Assembly: GCF_036365525.1 (NCBI RefSeq)
Contig: NW_027142279.1
Span: forward strand, 496,001-560,000
DNA length: 64,000 bases
Reading direction: 5' to 3'
Source of the DNA: Heterodontus francisci
Lineage: Eukaryota
The notes below the pieces were generated by a model. That model searched no databases. It worked only from the letters and a program-made list of their open reading frames with translations, and had not been told where the DNA came from. The stretch's first letter is position 1. Each line of letters opens with the position of its first letter. The position numbers and the translations under genes are program-made. Below, in pieces: positions 23,592 to 35,600 of this stretch.

Positions 23592-25446
23592 CTCTGGAGG
23601 GAGACAGATCCATGTGTTCATTGTGTGAAATCACTGAGCTGTTTTACTGCAGAATATCTAAATGTTCTGAGTGACATTTACTGGCCCCTCCTCCCCAGTG
23701 TTTCATGTTCCCATTAGTGGGAGGGAAGGGTGAGGGGGTGGGTTGCAAATTCCTGATGGTTCATTGACTCCCACATGTTGACATGTTGACAGGTCATTTC
23801 CGGGGCTGAGCTAAGGAGGCCTCAGGGGAATCCGGGGGGCCTCTGGTCACTATTAAAGACCAGACATGATGAAGTCTAACTGCGTTTTTCTGTGTGGGTG
23901 AAATAGTTGAGAAGTGAAACATTTCAGAAGCAGCCAAGTTGACCTGTGGAGCTGCTGTGGGTGAAGCTCACTCTGTCTGAGCATGTTCTGGGCAGCGGCT
24001 GCAGTGGAGTAACACTGGCACCTAGTGGCTCCAGCTGCAACTGCAAGCACCGATTCTGCAGGCGTTTCAGTGTCAGACCCTGAACTGGTTTCAGTCATTA
24101 GTTATATTCTCCTACTCGACTCGTGTTGGCGCTTGTGGCATAGAACCAGATGCAAGTCAATGCACAGATCGGCGCCATTCGGCCCCACAGCTCTCTGCTT
24201 CACTCCAGCCTCAACCAGTCAAATACATTTTGAAGTGCAGTCACTGTTGTAATGCAGGGAAGGAGGCAGACAAGCTGCAAGATCAAGTGCAGGGTTATTC
24301 AGAAAGAACAGGGAGTGGGAGTAATTGGACAGGGAGGATGGAAACCAGGGATCAAAAATGTAAGGTAGTCCTTAATAAATCCAATTGGGAATTCAGGAGG
24401 AGGTTCTTTAACCCAGGGAGCGGTGAGAATGTGGAATTACAGACCAAATGGAATGGGTTGAGGTCGAATAGAGACGATGCAGTTAAGGGGGAGCTGAATA
24501 AATACATGAGTGAGAAAGGAATAGAAGAATCTGTTGATAGGGTAAGATGAAGAAAGATGGGAGGAGGTCGCTCTTTCGAGCTGCCAGGCCAGGATCGATG
24601 GGCTGAATGGCCTGGATTTGACCTGCATGACACGATGACCCAATAAGACCCGTCAGCCTGCTGCCTTGTTTCGGGGCCAAGACAGTTTTATTTCACCCCC
24701 TTCTGCTAAACGGGAGTTATAGGGTTAAGTTCTTCACCGCACTGAACTCCAGTCATTGTGAAAATTCTTCACTGTCACTGGGTCAAAATCCTGAAACTCC
24801 CTTCCTAACAGCACTGTGGGTTTACCTACCCTACATGACTGCAGTGGTTCAAGAAGGCAGCTCAGCACCACCTTCTCAATTAGACGATTAGGGATGGACA
24901 ATAAATGCTGACCACAACCAAAATCTCATGAATGAATTAAAAAAGAGAAAATAACCTCAGCAGGGGGGAAAAAACTCCAAAAAATACAACAACATGAAAA
25001 ACCAAATTGAACAACAACTGAAGCAGGGAAGGAAACAAGTACAACAAAAACCTCAGCAGGGAAAACACCAACAAACACAACAACGACCTCAAAAGGAAAA
25101 CAACGCCAACAAATTCAACAACAGATCAGCAGGAGATTCAAACACCAACAAATTCAACAACAGATCAGCAGAAGATTCAAGCACTAACAAATTCAACAAC
25201 CTCAGTCGGAGAAAAGCACCAGCAAATACAACAACAAATACAACAACAACTTCAGCAGCAGATCTATACCAACAAATGCAACAGCAACTACTGGCAGCCA
25301 ATGGTAGAGAGCGGGGCGTGGTAGGAAGGTAGGAAGGTGTTGGACAAACCTGAATCACTTGCTTGAGTCTTCATGTGGCTTCTCACAAGACTCAACTCTC
25401 TTCTTTCCACTGATTTCCCAATTGCAGGATAAGCTTCCAGTGGAAG

Positions 25447-25939
25447 ATGTATCTGTTACTGAGTCTCATGGTCTTATTTCAAAGTAAGAGATCTTTCTCA
25501 CCTCCACCCCACACCCCCATTGTTTGTGTTAACAGCTCTCTTTCTTATTTTCTTTCTCTCTATCTTTCTCTCCTTCCTTCATTCTTCACATCCCAGATTG
25601 TCCCTGTTCACTGACCTTCTTCTCTCCCGGTCTCTTCCTTCAGGCGCGATCTCAGCGAGGGTCCACCAGACTCCCACCGCCGTCTCCAGATTTCCTGGGG
25701 AGGGAGTGGGACTGGAGTGCCGTGTGGAGGGTGAGAGTAGCGGTTACATGTTCTGGTACAGACAGGACCTGGGGAAGGAGCTGCGGCTGATGTATTACTC
25801 CGCAGTTACACCAAGTGTGAACTCAGAGGGGACGGTGGAGGGTTTCACTGCCAAACGACCGACTGGTTCCCAGTTCAACCTGGAGTCCTCCAGCCTGCAG
25901 GAGAATCGCTCGGCGCTGTATTTCTGTGCCTGGAGTCTG
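25447..25939 (+). CDS. TRBV: TCR beta-type V gene segment V8 (family D, CAWS-type), inverted orientation; leader 25447-25483, V exon 25644-25939
   Basis: Leader MYLLLSLMVLFQ with A|GTAAGA donor. Acceptor cttcag ending 25643. V exon SAISARVHQTP..LEC..YMFWYRQDLGKELRLMYYS..NRSALYFCAWSL. Confidence 0.9.
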
Positions 25940-25978
25940 CACAGTGACTCAGAGAGATGGAGCAGTTCAACAAAAACA
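25940..25978 (+). other. 23-RSS of V8
   Basis: CACAGTG (25940-25946), 23 nt, ACAAAAACA (25970-25978). Confidence 0.95.
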
Positions 25979-26069
25979 CCAACAGAAACACCTGTTTCAG
26001 ATAAAAGCCTGCAGCTCTGTATCCTGTTGGGTTTATCTACTGCAGTGTGAACATGTCTTCGACATGAAG

Positions 26070-26950
26070 AAGACACAGAAAGATGTTCAAGGATGATATC
26101 AGAACTGAGAGGTTATAATGATCAGGAAAAGACTGAATAGACTGGGGCTCTTTTCTCCAGAAAAGAGAAGGCTGAGGAGTGACCTGATAGAGCTCTTTAA
26201 GATTATGAAACGGGTTTTGATCACATTATTGTGGAGAAGATTTTTTCCATTTGCAGGTGAGACCAGAAAAAGGGGGAGGGGTCATCAATATAAGACAGTC
26301 ACCAATAAATCCAATTTGGAATTCGGGAGAAACATCTTCACCCAGAGAGTGGGGAGAATGTGGAACTCATTACCACAGGCTGAGAGGAATAGGCAAGATG
26401 TATTTAAGCTTGGGGGGATGGGGAAGCTGCATCGGACATGAGGGAGAGAGGAACAGAAGGAGATGCGGCTGGGGGCGAGATGAAGAGGGCGTGGAACGAT
26501 GTTCGTGTGGACCAAAAAGGCCTACATGGACGTGTCTGGCCGAATGGTCTGTTTCTGTGCTGTAAATTCCCTGCAGCTGGAGCGAGGAGCAGGAACACCA
26601 ACACTGTGGGACTAGTCAGTGGAGCTGGGGAACTGACTCCTGGGTGAGGAGCAGCTTTTCTTTGTGATCCTCATCTAAACCTGTCACAATCTTGCACACC
26701 TCTATCAGGTCTCCACTCAATCTCATTTTCTCCAGGTTTTCCAACCTAACCTTGTAACTAAAATCCCCCATCCCTGGAACCATTCTGGTAAATCTCCTCT
26801 GCACCCTCTCAAGGAAACTCACCTCCTTCCTAAAGTGTGGTGACCAGAACTGGATGCAATTGTCCAGTTGTGGCCTAACTAGAGCTTTATAAAGATTCAG
26901 CATAACTTCCCATATTTTGTAGGCTCTGCCGCTATTTATGAAGCCCAAGA
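26070..26950. mobile_element. Two opposed CR1 3' fragments (+ ~26070-26570; - ~26650-26950)
   Basis: ORFs RLGLFS.EKRRLRSDLIE (+) and LYKALVRPQL..CIQFWSP (-). Confidence 0.8.
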
Positions 26951-27094
26951 TCTCACAGTTTTGCTAATCTCATATGTTTTGCTATTCCCATATTCTTTGC
27001 GACTGTTTCGAAGTACAGCCACTGCTGTAATGCAGGAAGTGTGGCAGCCAGTTTCTACAAGGCAAGATCCCACGAACAGACAACGTGCAGAGCC

Positions 27095-27780
27095 TGCTGA
27101 GGTTGTTGTTGAATTTGTTGTTTTTTTCTCCAGCTGAAGTTGTTGTTGACTTTGTTGGTGTTTTTCCTGTTGAAGTTGTTGTTGCATTTGTTGCTTTTTT
27201 TCCTGTTGAGGTTGTTGTTGAATTTTTTGGTGTTTTTCCTGTTGAGGTTGTTATTGAAATTGTTGGTGTTTTTCTCCTGCTGAAGTTGTTGTTGAATTTG
27301 TTGATGTTTTTCCTGTTGAAGTTGTTGTTGAATTTGATGGTGTTTTCCCTGTTGAGGTTGTTGTTTTGAATTTGTTGTTGTTTTCTCCTGCTGAAGTTAT
27401 TGTTGAATTTGTTGGTGTTTTTCTTGTTGTTGAATTTGTTGGTGCTTTTCCTCTTGAGGTTGTTGTTGAATTTGTTGGTGTTTTTCTCCTGCTAAAGTTG
27501 TTGTTGACTTTGTTGGTGTTTTTCTCCTGTTGAAGTTGTTGTTGATTTTATTCGTACTTTATTTTTCTCCTGTTAAAGTTATTGCTGAGCTTGTTCGTGG
27601 GTTATTTTTCTGGTGCAGTTTTTTTGTATTTTTTCCTGTTTGTCTCCTGCTAAATTTGATGTTGAATCTATTGGTGTTTTTTCTCGATGTTGTTGTTTTT
27701 CTCCTGAAGTTATTGTTGAATTTGTTGGTGTTTTTCCTGTTGAGGTTGTTGCTGAATGTTTTGGTGTTTTTCCGTGTTTA
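27095..27780 (-). repeat. CAA minisatellite in reverse orientation (TTG-rich on +)
   Basis: Unit gttgaggttgttgttgaatttgttggtgtttttcct is the reverse complement of the 20112-21000 unit. Confidence 0.9.
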
Positions 27781-29559
27781 ACGTGTTTTTAACGTGTTTG
27801 ACTCCCTGACCACCCGGTGTGATTGTAAATCTGATTGTAAACTGTGTCTTTAAAGTTTTATTGCAGTCTCTGTCTGCTCAACACATCTATGAACGCTGAA
27901 CATGACCGTCTCAAGAAGGTTTTGATTTTGCTGGAATGACTTTCCCATCTGATCATGGAAATCCAGTGTTTTTGTTCTGGGAGGGAACACTCACTCTTAA
28001 ATGATTGCTGAGGGATAGGATCAGAAGGGATGTGACTGTGCATGGTGGGTCTGCCCAGCATTCCCCAAACCTCGTGCTGCTCCATTCTTTTCTGGTCAGT
28101 GCTTCCACCCTGGATAATCCAGCTCACTCAAATCCTGACAGAGGAAAATGAGAAATCCTGGCAGCAGGAATGGGCCATTCGGCCCATTCAAGCTTGTTCC
28201 GGCATTCAGGGAGATCATGGATCATCTACAACTTATTTCCATTTGCCCATCTGGGTTCCATATCATTTAATACCCTCACCTAACATCAATCTAGCAAGCT
28301 CTGCTTTGTAATGTCTGATTAACCCCCCTCACACCCCCATCTGTAGAGCTTTTGAGGGAGAGAATTCCAGATTTCCACTACCAGCTGTGTGAACCAGCGT
28401 TTCCTGACATCACTCCTGAACAGCCCCACCCCACCTTGCCCTGGACTCCCCCAGCAGAGGAAATTGTTTCTGTCCATTAACACCATCGAATCCTTTAATC
28501 ATCCTAAATATTTCAATGAGATCACCCTTTAATCTCCTACACTTAAGAGAATATAACATTAGGCCATGCAAACTGTGAAGCTAATTTAACCCTTTTAGAC
28601 CTGGTGTCATTACCTCCAAGGCTGAGACATCCTTCCTGAGTTTTGATGCACAGAACTGAACATGGTTTCTCCAGAAGGGGTCTAATCCGAGCTGCATACA
28701 ACAGTAACACAACATCCAGCGCTTTCTATTCCAGCCCCCTTGAGGGAAAAGGGACAATACTCTTTGTTGTAATAGTTACTTAATGTTTTAATTATTTGAC
28801 CTGGAAACGAACCTGCAGAAAGGTTATTTCAATGAGCAGGAGGTCGCTCTGTGGAACAGGGTCCCAGGGAGACGCTGGAAGCAGATATTACCTGCACATT
28901 AGAGAGATTTCACTCAGGGATACAGTTACAGTGTAAGCTGAGTCATGAGGGGTGGTGAGTGTAACATGTTCAGGAGGAACAGGGGAATTCAACAACTACT
29001 TCAGGATGGGGGAAAAGAACAACAAATACAACAACGTCAGGAGCAGAAAGACACCAACAAATTCAACAACTTCTTCAGGAGAATTAAAAACAAACATCAC
29101 AACAACTTCAACAGGAAGATTACACCAACAAATCCAACAACAACTTCAGGAAGCAATCACCAACAAATCCAGCAACATTAGGGGAAGCGGGGAGGAAAAA
29201 AACAACTACTATTCTCACAACGTCAGCAGGGGAAACACCTACAACTTCACCAACAACTTTAGGGAAGTACATCAAGCAATGCAGCAGCAACTTCAGCTGG
29301 GCAAAGACACCAACAGGTTCAACAACAACTTCAGTGAAAAAAACAACAAATACAGCAACAACTTCAGCAGGGGAAAAACACTATCAAATTGAACAACATC
29401 AGAAGGGGGTAAAACACTGACAAATGGGGAAATTGCACAACTTGTTGAGGTTGATGGGAATTCGTTCACAAAAGCTCCGAGTATCTGATCAGACCTGGAT
29501 GATGTAATTGTTGCAAACAAAGCCCATTTCAGCCTCAATGTGGAAAGGGGAGAGGGAGA

Positions 29560-31110
29560 TTCATAAAAGGGGCTCAAAGATCTTCTACCAGCACGTAAAT
29601 AGTAAGTGAGTAGTAAGAGGTAAAGAGGGGTCAAGTAAGGACGGAGAGAGTAATATGTGCTTTGAGGCACAGGGCAAAGCTAATATACTTAATGAGAACT
29701 TTGTATCAGTGTTCCCGAAGGAACTGGAGGCTGAAAATTATCTGCAGAAGCAGAGAGAGTAGAGGCAATGGATGGGATAACAATTGAGAGCTGGTACTAA
29801 AAGGGCTGGCTATGCTTTGGGTGGATAAGTCACCTGGTTCAGATAACTTGCATCACAGGTTGTGAAAGGAAGTGGAGGGTAGAGATAGAAGAAGGGCTTG
29901 CCGTCATCTTCAAATCTTCCCTGGTTATGGGGGAGGTGCCAGAGACGACAGAGTGGCAAACCCTTATTCAAGAAAGGGTGTAAGGACAGTCCGAGCAACT
30001 ACAGGCCACTTAGTTTAACATCAGTGATGGGTTTGGTTCTAGAAACAATAATCAGAGAAAAATCAATAGACGGTTGGAGAGGTTCGAGTTTAATTAAGGG
30101 TAGCCAGCATGGATTTTCAAAAGGCTGAACATTATTGACTAATCTAATTGAATTCTTTGATGAAGCAACAGAGAAGGTCGATGGAGTGAATGTGGTGGAT
30201 GTTGTTTATGTGGATTTTAAGAAAGCGTTTGACAAGGTACCCCATAAAATGCTGGTTAACACAACTGAGGCTCATGGATGAGAGGGTCAGTGTTCATTTG
30301 GGTGAAAAAGTGCCGTCAGGACAGGAAACAGCGAATCGTAGTAAATGGTTGCTTTTTTGACTGAGGGATGGTAGTCACTGGTGTTCCCCCATGGGTCAGT
30401 GCTGGGACCACTGCTTTTTCTGCAACATATAAATGACTTGGATCTTGAAATACAGAGCAGAATCTCAAAATTTGCTCTCCACACCAAACCTGGAGGTGCA
30501 GCAAACAGTGAAGATGATATGAACTGCCTGGATCAGGTCATAGATAGACGAGCAGAATGGGCAGAAAGGTGACCAATGGAATTTCATTCTGACAAGTGTG
30601 AGGTGATGCATTTTAGCAGAAGGAATAGGGAGAGACAATATATACTTAATGGCACAGTTGTAAAGAGTGTGCAGGGACAGAGGGACCTGGGGGTGTATGT
30701 GCACACATCTTTGAAAATGGCAGGACATAGTGAGAGCTTGGTTAGGAAAGCATGTGGGATCTTGGGCTTCATAAATAAAGGCATTGGGTACAGATAACTC
30801 AGACAAGGAAAACTGGTTCCCATTAACTAATGGTACAATAAGGAGGTTGAAGGTTTGGGTTAGAGATGCAGGGAATATAAGGAAGAATTTTATTTGCACT
30901 AAGGGTGTTAATGACCTGGAACTCACTGCCCACAGGATGGTGGAAGCGGAGATGATCAATGACTTCAAGAGATAGTCGGATAGCCACCTGAGAGAAATAG
31001 ACTTACAGGGCTACAGGGATCGAGCCAGGGGAGTGCACTGATTGCACAGCACCGTGGAGAGCCAGCATGGACCCGATGTTCCGAATGGCCTTCTTCAGTG
31101 CCGTAAATGA
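29560..31110 (+). mobile_element. Old, degenerate CR1 LINE (ORF2 RT to 3' UTR, internally deleted)
   Basis: PLFKKG..NYRPLSLTS, GSVLGPLLF and CEVMHF motifs with frameshifts. Confidence 0.85.
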
Positions 31111-31984
31111 CTCGATGACTCCTTCAAAAGAAGCAACCCTTGACTCCTCTGTCCTTACAAAATACTGACCCATCTCCAACCTCCCTTTCCTCTCCGAAAT
31201 CCTGGAACAAGCTGTGCCCAGCTTTCCCAGAATTCCATGTTTGAATCCATCAGCCCCTAGCTATGGTTCTGATATTAATCCCAGCCATATCAGTAATGGG
31301 TCAGTATTTGACAATAGCCTATCAATAACTCCCTCAGATATACAGATTAATGCTTCGAGAAATACACCCTTGGCAATGTTTGACTTGAAATTTAAATACA
31401 GAGCCCATCGCAGTCCCATCACTGTCCCAATGTTAGGGTGTGACCAGCAGTCAGTCTCTGGTCCATTGATAGCTGGGCAGAGGCTTCACAATGTCACATT
31501 TCCTGATTACACAGCGACTCTCACAGCTCTCTCCCTCTCTCTCTCTCTCCCTCTCTGGCTGTCTTCACTCTTGTTTGCCTATGTACCTGAATATGTACCG
31601 GTGCCTTTTCGGGAGATCCTATCTGTGCCTCTGATCTAAACAGTCCATTGTCCTCAGTCTGTGAGACTCATCTGACTGGCACGACATCAGTACTGGGTCA
31701 TATTGTGGCAATGTGCTCTGTATCCTCTCAGGTTAATGGACACTGAGTATCCGACAGAAAATATTCACAAGATAAATACCTCCCATATCAGTAATGTGTC
31801 AGTATTGAGCAATAGGCTGTGTATATTAGAACATAAATGGACACTGAGTGTCCCAGACAGATCATTCTCACGATAAATTGCTTCAATATGTCAGCAACCG
31901 TCCAGGACCCCAAACTCTCCTTCCAGGTGAAACAGCGATTCACTTGGACTTTCAATTTCAAATAGAAAGAGGGAATTATTGACA

Positions 31985-32625
31985 GAAGATTTTATAACAC
32001 CCTCATGACGACCCGCCAAAGTGCTTTGCAGCCAATGAAATGCTTGTTTTGCTGCAGTGCAGTCACTGTTGTAATGTAAGAATCATGGCAGCTGATTTGT
32101 GCACAGCAAGCTCCCATAAACAGCAATGTGAGAATGACCAGGTAATCTGTTTTAATGACGTTGATGGAGGGATAATTATTGGCCAGGACACCAGGGAGAA
32201 CTCCCCTGCTGTTCTTCAAAATAGTCCAATGGGACTGTTTATATCCACGGGAGTAAGAGGATGGAGTCTCTGTTTAATGTGACATCTGAAAGAGGGCATC
32301 CTGACAGTGCAGCACTCACTCAGTACTGCCGCTCTGACAGTGCAGCACTCACTCAGTACAGACCCTCTGACAGTGCAGCACTCCCTCAGTACTGCCCCTC
32401 TGACAGTGCAGCACTCACTCAGTACTGCCGCTCTGACAGTGCAGCACTCACTCAGTACAGACCCTCTGACAGTGCAGCACTCACTCAGTACTGACCCTCT
32501 GACAGTGCAGCACTCCCTCAGTACTGCCCCTCTGAAAGTGCAGCGCTCCCTCAGTACTGACGCTCCGACAATGTAACATTCCCTCAGTACTGACCTTCCA
32601 ACAGTGCAGCACTCCCTCAGTACTG
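31985..32625 (-). mobile_element. DeuSINE (SacSINE1-like) with an internal ~33-bp segment tandemly amplified (~32300-32625)
   Basis: Reverse complement matches the recalled Deu-domain/SacSINE1 body (GAAGAACAGCAGGGGAGTTCTCCCTGGTGTCCTGGCCAATA..TTGCTGTGCACAAAT..ACATTACAACAGTGACT). About ten copies of ctgacagtgcagcactccctcagtactgcccct. Confidence 0.75.
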
Positions 32626-35600
32626 AAAATAACTTTCCTTTCAGTGCAGCAGCTTTTTCGGGAGCAGAGTGTGAGCGAGTGAGCAGCTGGGAAAGTCAGT
32701 TTGAAAGTAAATTTAAAATCCTTTTGTTTTTCGGCGGAGGCCGGGGGCTGCTGGGTAAGTAAAACACTATATATTTGGGCGGTTTAAAATAACTTTCCTT
32801 TCAGTGCAGCAGCTTTCTCGGGAGCAGAGTGTGAGCGAGTGAGCAGCTGGGAAAGTCAGTTTGAAAGTAAATTTAATTTCCTTTTGTTTTTCGGCGGAGG
32901 CCAGGGGGCTGCTGGGTAAGTAAAACACTATATATTTGGGCGGTTTAAAATAACTTTCCTTTCAGTGCAGCAGCTTTTTCGGGAGCAGAGTGTGAGCGAG
33001 TGAGCAGCTGGGAAAGTCAGTTTGAAAGTAAATTTAAAATCCTTTTGTTTTTCGGCGGAGGCCAGGGGGCTGCTGGGTAAGTAAAACACTATATATTTGG
33101 GCGGTTTAAAATAACTTTCCTTTCAGTGCAGCAGCTTTTTCGGGAGCAGAGTGTGAGCGAGTGAGCAGCTGGGAAAGTCAGTTTGAAAGTAAATTTAAAA
33201 TCCTTTTGTTTTTCGGCGGAGGCCGGGGGCTGCTGGGTAAGTAAAACACTATATATTTGGGCGGTTTAAAATAACTTTCCTTTCAGTGCAGCAGCTTTTT
33301 CGGGAGCAGAGTGTGAGCGAGTGAGCAGCTGGGAAAGTCAGTTTGAAAGTAAATTTAATTTCCTTTTGTTTTTCGGCGGAGGCCAGGGGGCTGCTGGGTA
33401 AGTAAAACACTATATATTTGGGCGGTTTCTGAACCCGAGATACCACACTTGTAGTGTCTCCCACCCGCCCTCCTCCTCTAACCAAAAAAAAAGGACTCGG
33501 TGGGGTGTTTATAAGGTAAGGCTTTTTCGATTTCTCTGGTTTTATTGTGATTGGTAAAAATTTTTCGTTTCTTTTTCATTTAACTAAGTTTAAACTTAAG
33601 ATTAAAAATGGCAGGAGATCTCAGACCCGTATCATGCTCCTCTTGCTCAATGTGGGAGCTCAGGGACATGGCTGATGACCCTGACTCCTTCACGTGCAGG
33701 ATGTGTGTCCAGCTGCAGCTCTTGTTAGACCGCATGACGGCTCTCGAGCTGCGGATGGACTCACTTTGGAGCATGCGCGATGCTGAGGAGGTCGTGGATA
33801 GCACGTTTAGTGAATTGGTCACACCGCAGATTAGGATTGCTGAGGGAGAAAGGGAATGGGTGACCAAAAGGCAGAGAAAGAGCAGGAAGGCAGCTCAGGA
33901 GTCCCCTGCGGTCATCTCCCTCCAAAACAAGTATACCGTTTTGGATACTGTCGAGGGAGATGGCTCACCAGGGGAAGGCAGCAGTAGCCAGGTCCATGGC
34001 ACCGTGGCTGGCTCTGCTGTTCAGAAGGGCGGGAAAAAGAGTGGAAGGGCTATAGTCGTAGGGGATTCGATTGTAAGGGGAGTAGATAGGCGGTTCTGTG
34101 GTCGAAAACGAGGCTCCCGAATGGTATGTTGCCTCCCAGGTGCACGGGTCAGGGACGTCTCAGATCGGCTGCAGAACATTCTAAAGGGGGAGGGTGAACA
34201 GCCAGTTGTCATTGTGCACATAGGCACTAATGATATAGGTAAAAAACGGGATGAGGTCCTATAAGCAGAGTTTAGGGAGTTAGGAGCCAAGTTAAAAAGT
34301 AGGACCTCAGAGGTAGTAATCTCAGGATTACTACCAGTGCCACGTGATCGTCAGAGTAAAAATGAAAGAATAGTCAGGATGAATGCGTGGCTTGAGAGAT
34401 GGTGCAGGAAGGAGGGGTTCAGATTTTTGGGACATTGGGACCAGTTCTGGGGGAGGTGGGACTATTACAAATTGGACGGTCTACACCTGGGCCGGACTGC
34501 AACCAATGTCCTTGGAGGTGCTTTTGCTAACGCTGTTGGGGAGGGTTTAAACTAATGTGGCAGGGGGATGGGAACCAATTGAGGTCAGTTGACAGTAAGG
34601 AGGTAGTAACAAAAGCCTGTAAGGAACTAGATAATGAAGTCAGTGTGACTAAGGGGAAGAGCAGGCAGGGAGCAGATGATGAATATAAAGGGACTGGTGG
34701 TCTGAGGTGCATTTGTTTTAATGCAAGAAGTGTAGTAGGTAAGGCAGATGAACTTAGGGCTTGGATTAGTACCTGGGAGTATGATGTTATTGCTATTACT
34801 GAGACTTGGTTGAGGGAAGGGCATGATTGGCAACTAAATATCCCAGGATATCGATGCTTCAGGCGGGATAGAGAGGGAGGTAAAAGGGGTGGAGGAGTTG
34901 CATTACTGGTCAAAGAGGATATCACAGCTGTGCTGAAGGAGGGCACTATGGAGGACTCGAGCAGTGAGGCAATATGGACAGAACTCAGAAATAGGAAGGG
35001 TGCGGTAACAATGTTGGGGCTGTACTACAGGCCTCCCAACAGCGAGCGTGAGATAGAGGTACAAATATGTAAACAGATTATGGAAAGATGTAGGAGCAAC
35101 AGGGTGGTGGTGATAGGAGATTTTAATTTTCCCAACATTGACTGGGATTCGCTTAGTGTTAGAGGTCCAGATGGAGCAGAATTTGTAAGGAGCATCCAGG
35201 AGGGTTTTCTAGAGCAGTATGTAAATAGTCCAACTCGGGAAGGGGCCATACTGGACCTGGTGTTGGGGAATGAGCCCGGCCAGGTTGTTGAAGTTTCAGT
35301 AGGGGACTACTTTGGGAATAGTGATCACAATTCCGTAAGCTTTAAAATACTCATGGACAAAGACGAGAGTGGTCCTAAAGGAAGAGTGCTAAATTGGGGG
35401 AAGGCCAACTATACCAAAATTCGGCAGGAGCTGGGAAATGTAGATTGGGAGCAGCTGTTTGAAGGTAAATCCACATGTGATATGTGGGAGGCTTTTAAAG
35501 AGAGGTTGATTAGCGTGCAGGAGAGACATGTTCCTGTGAAAATGAGGGATAGAAATGGCAAGATTAGGGAACCATGGATGACAGGTGAAATTGTGAGACT

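Noticed and set aside
25044-25052. Perfect nonamer ACAAAAACC
   Set aside because: Lies inside the CAA minisatellite, with no heptamer 12 or 23 nt upstream.
32300-33428. Regular repeats superficially like a CRISPR array
   Set aside because: Head-to-tail tandem units without unique spacers, in a eukaryotic SINE/LINE context with no cas genes.
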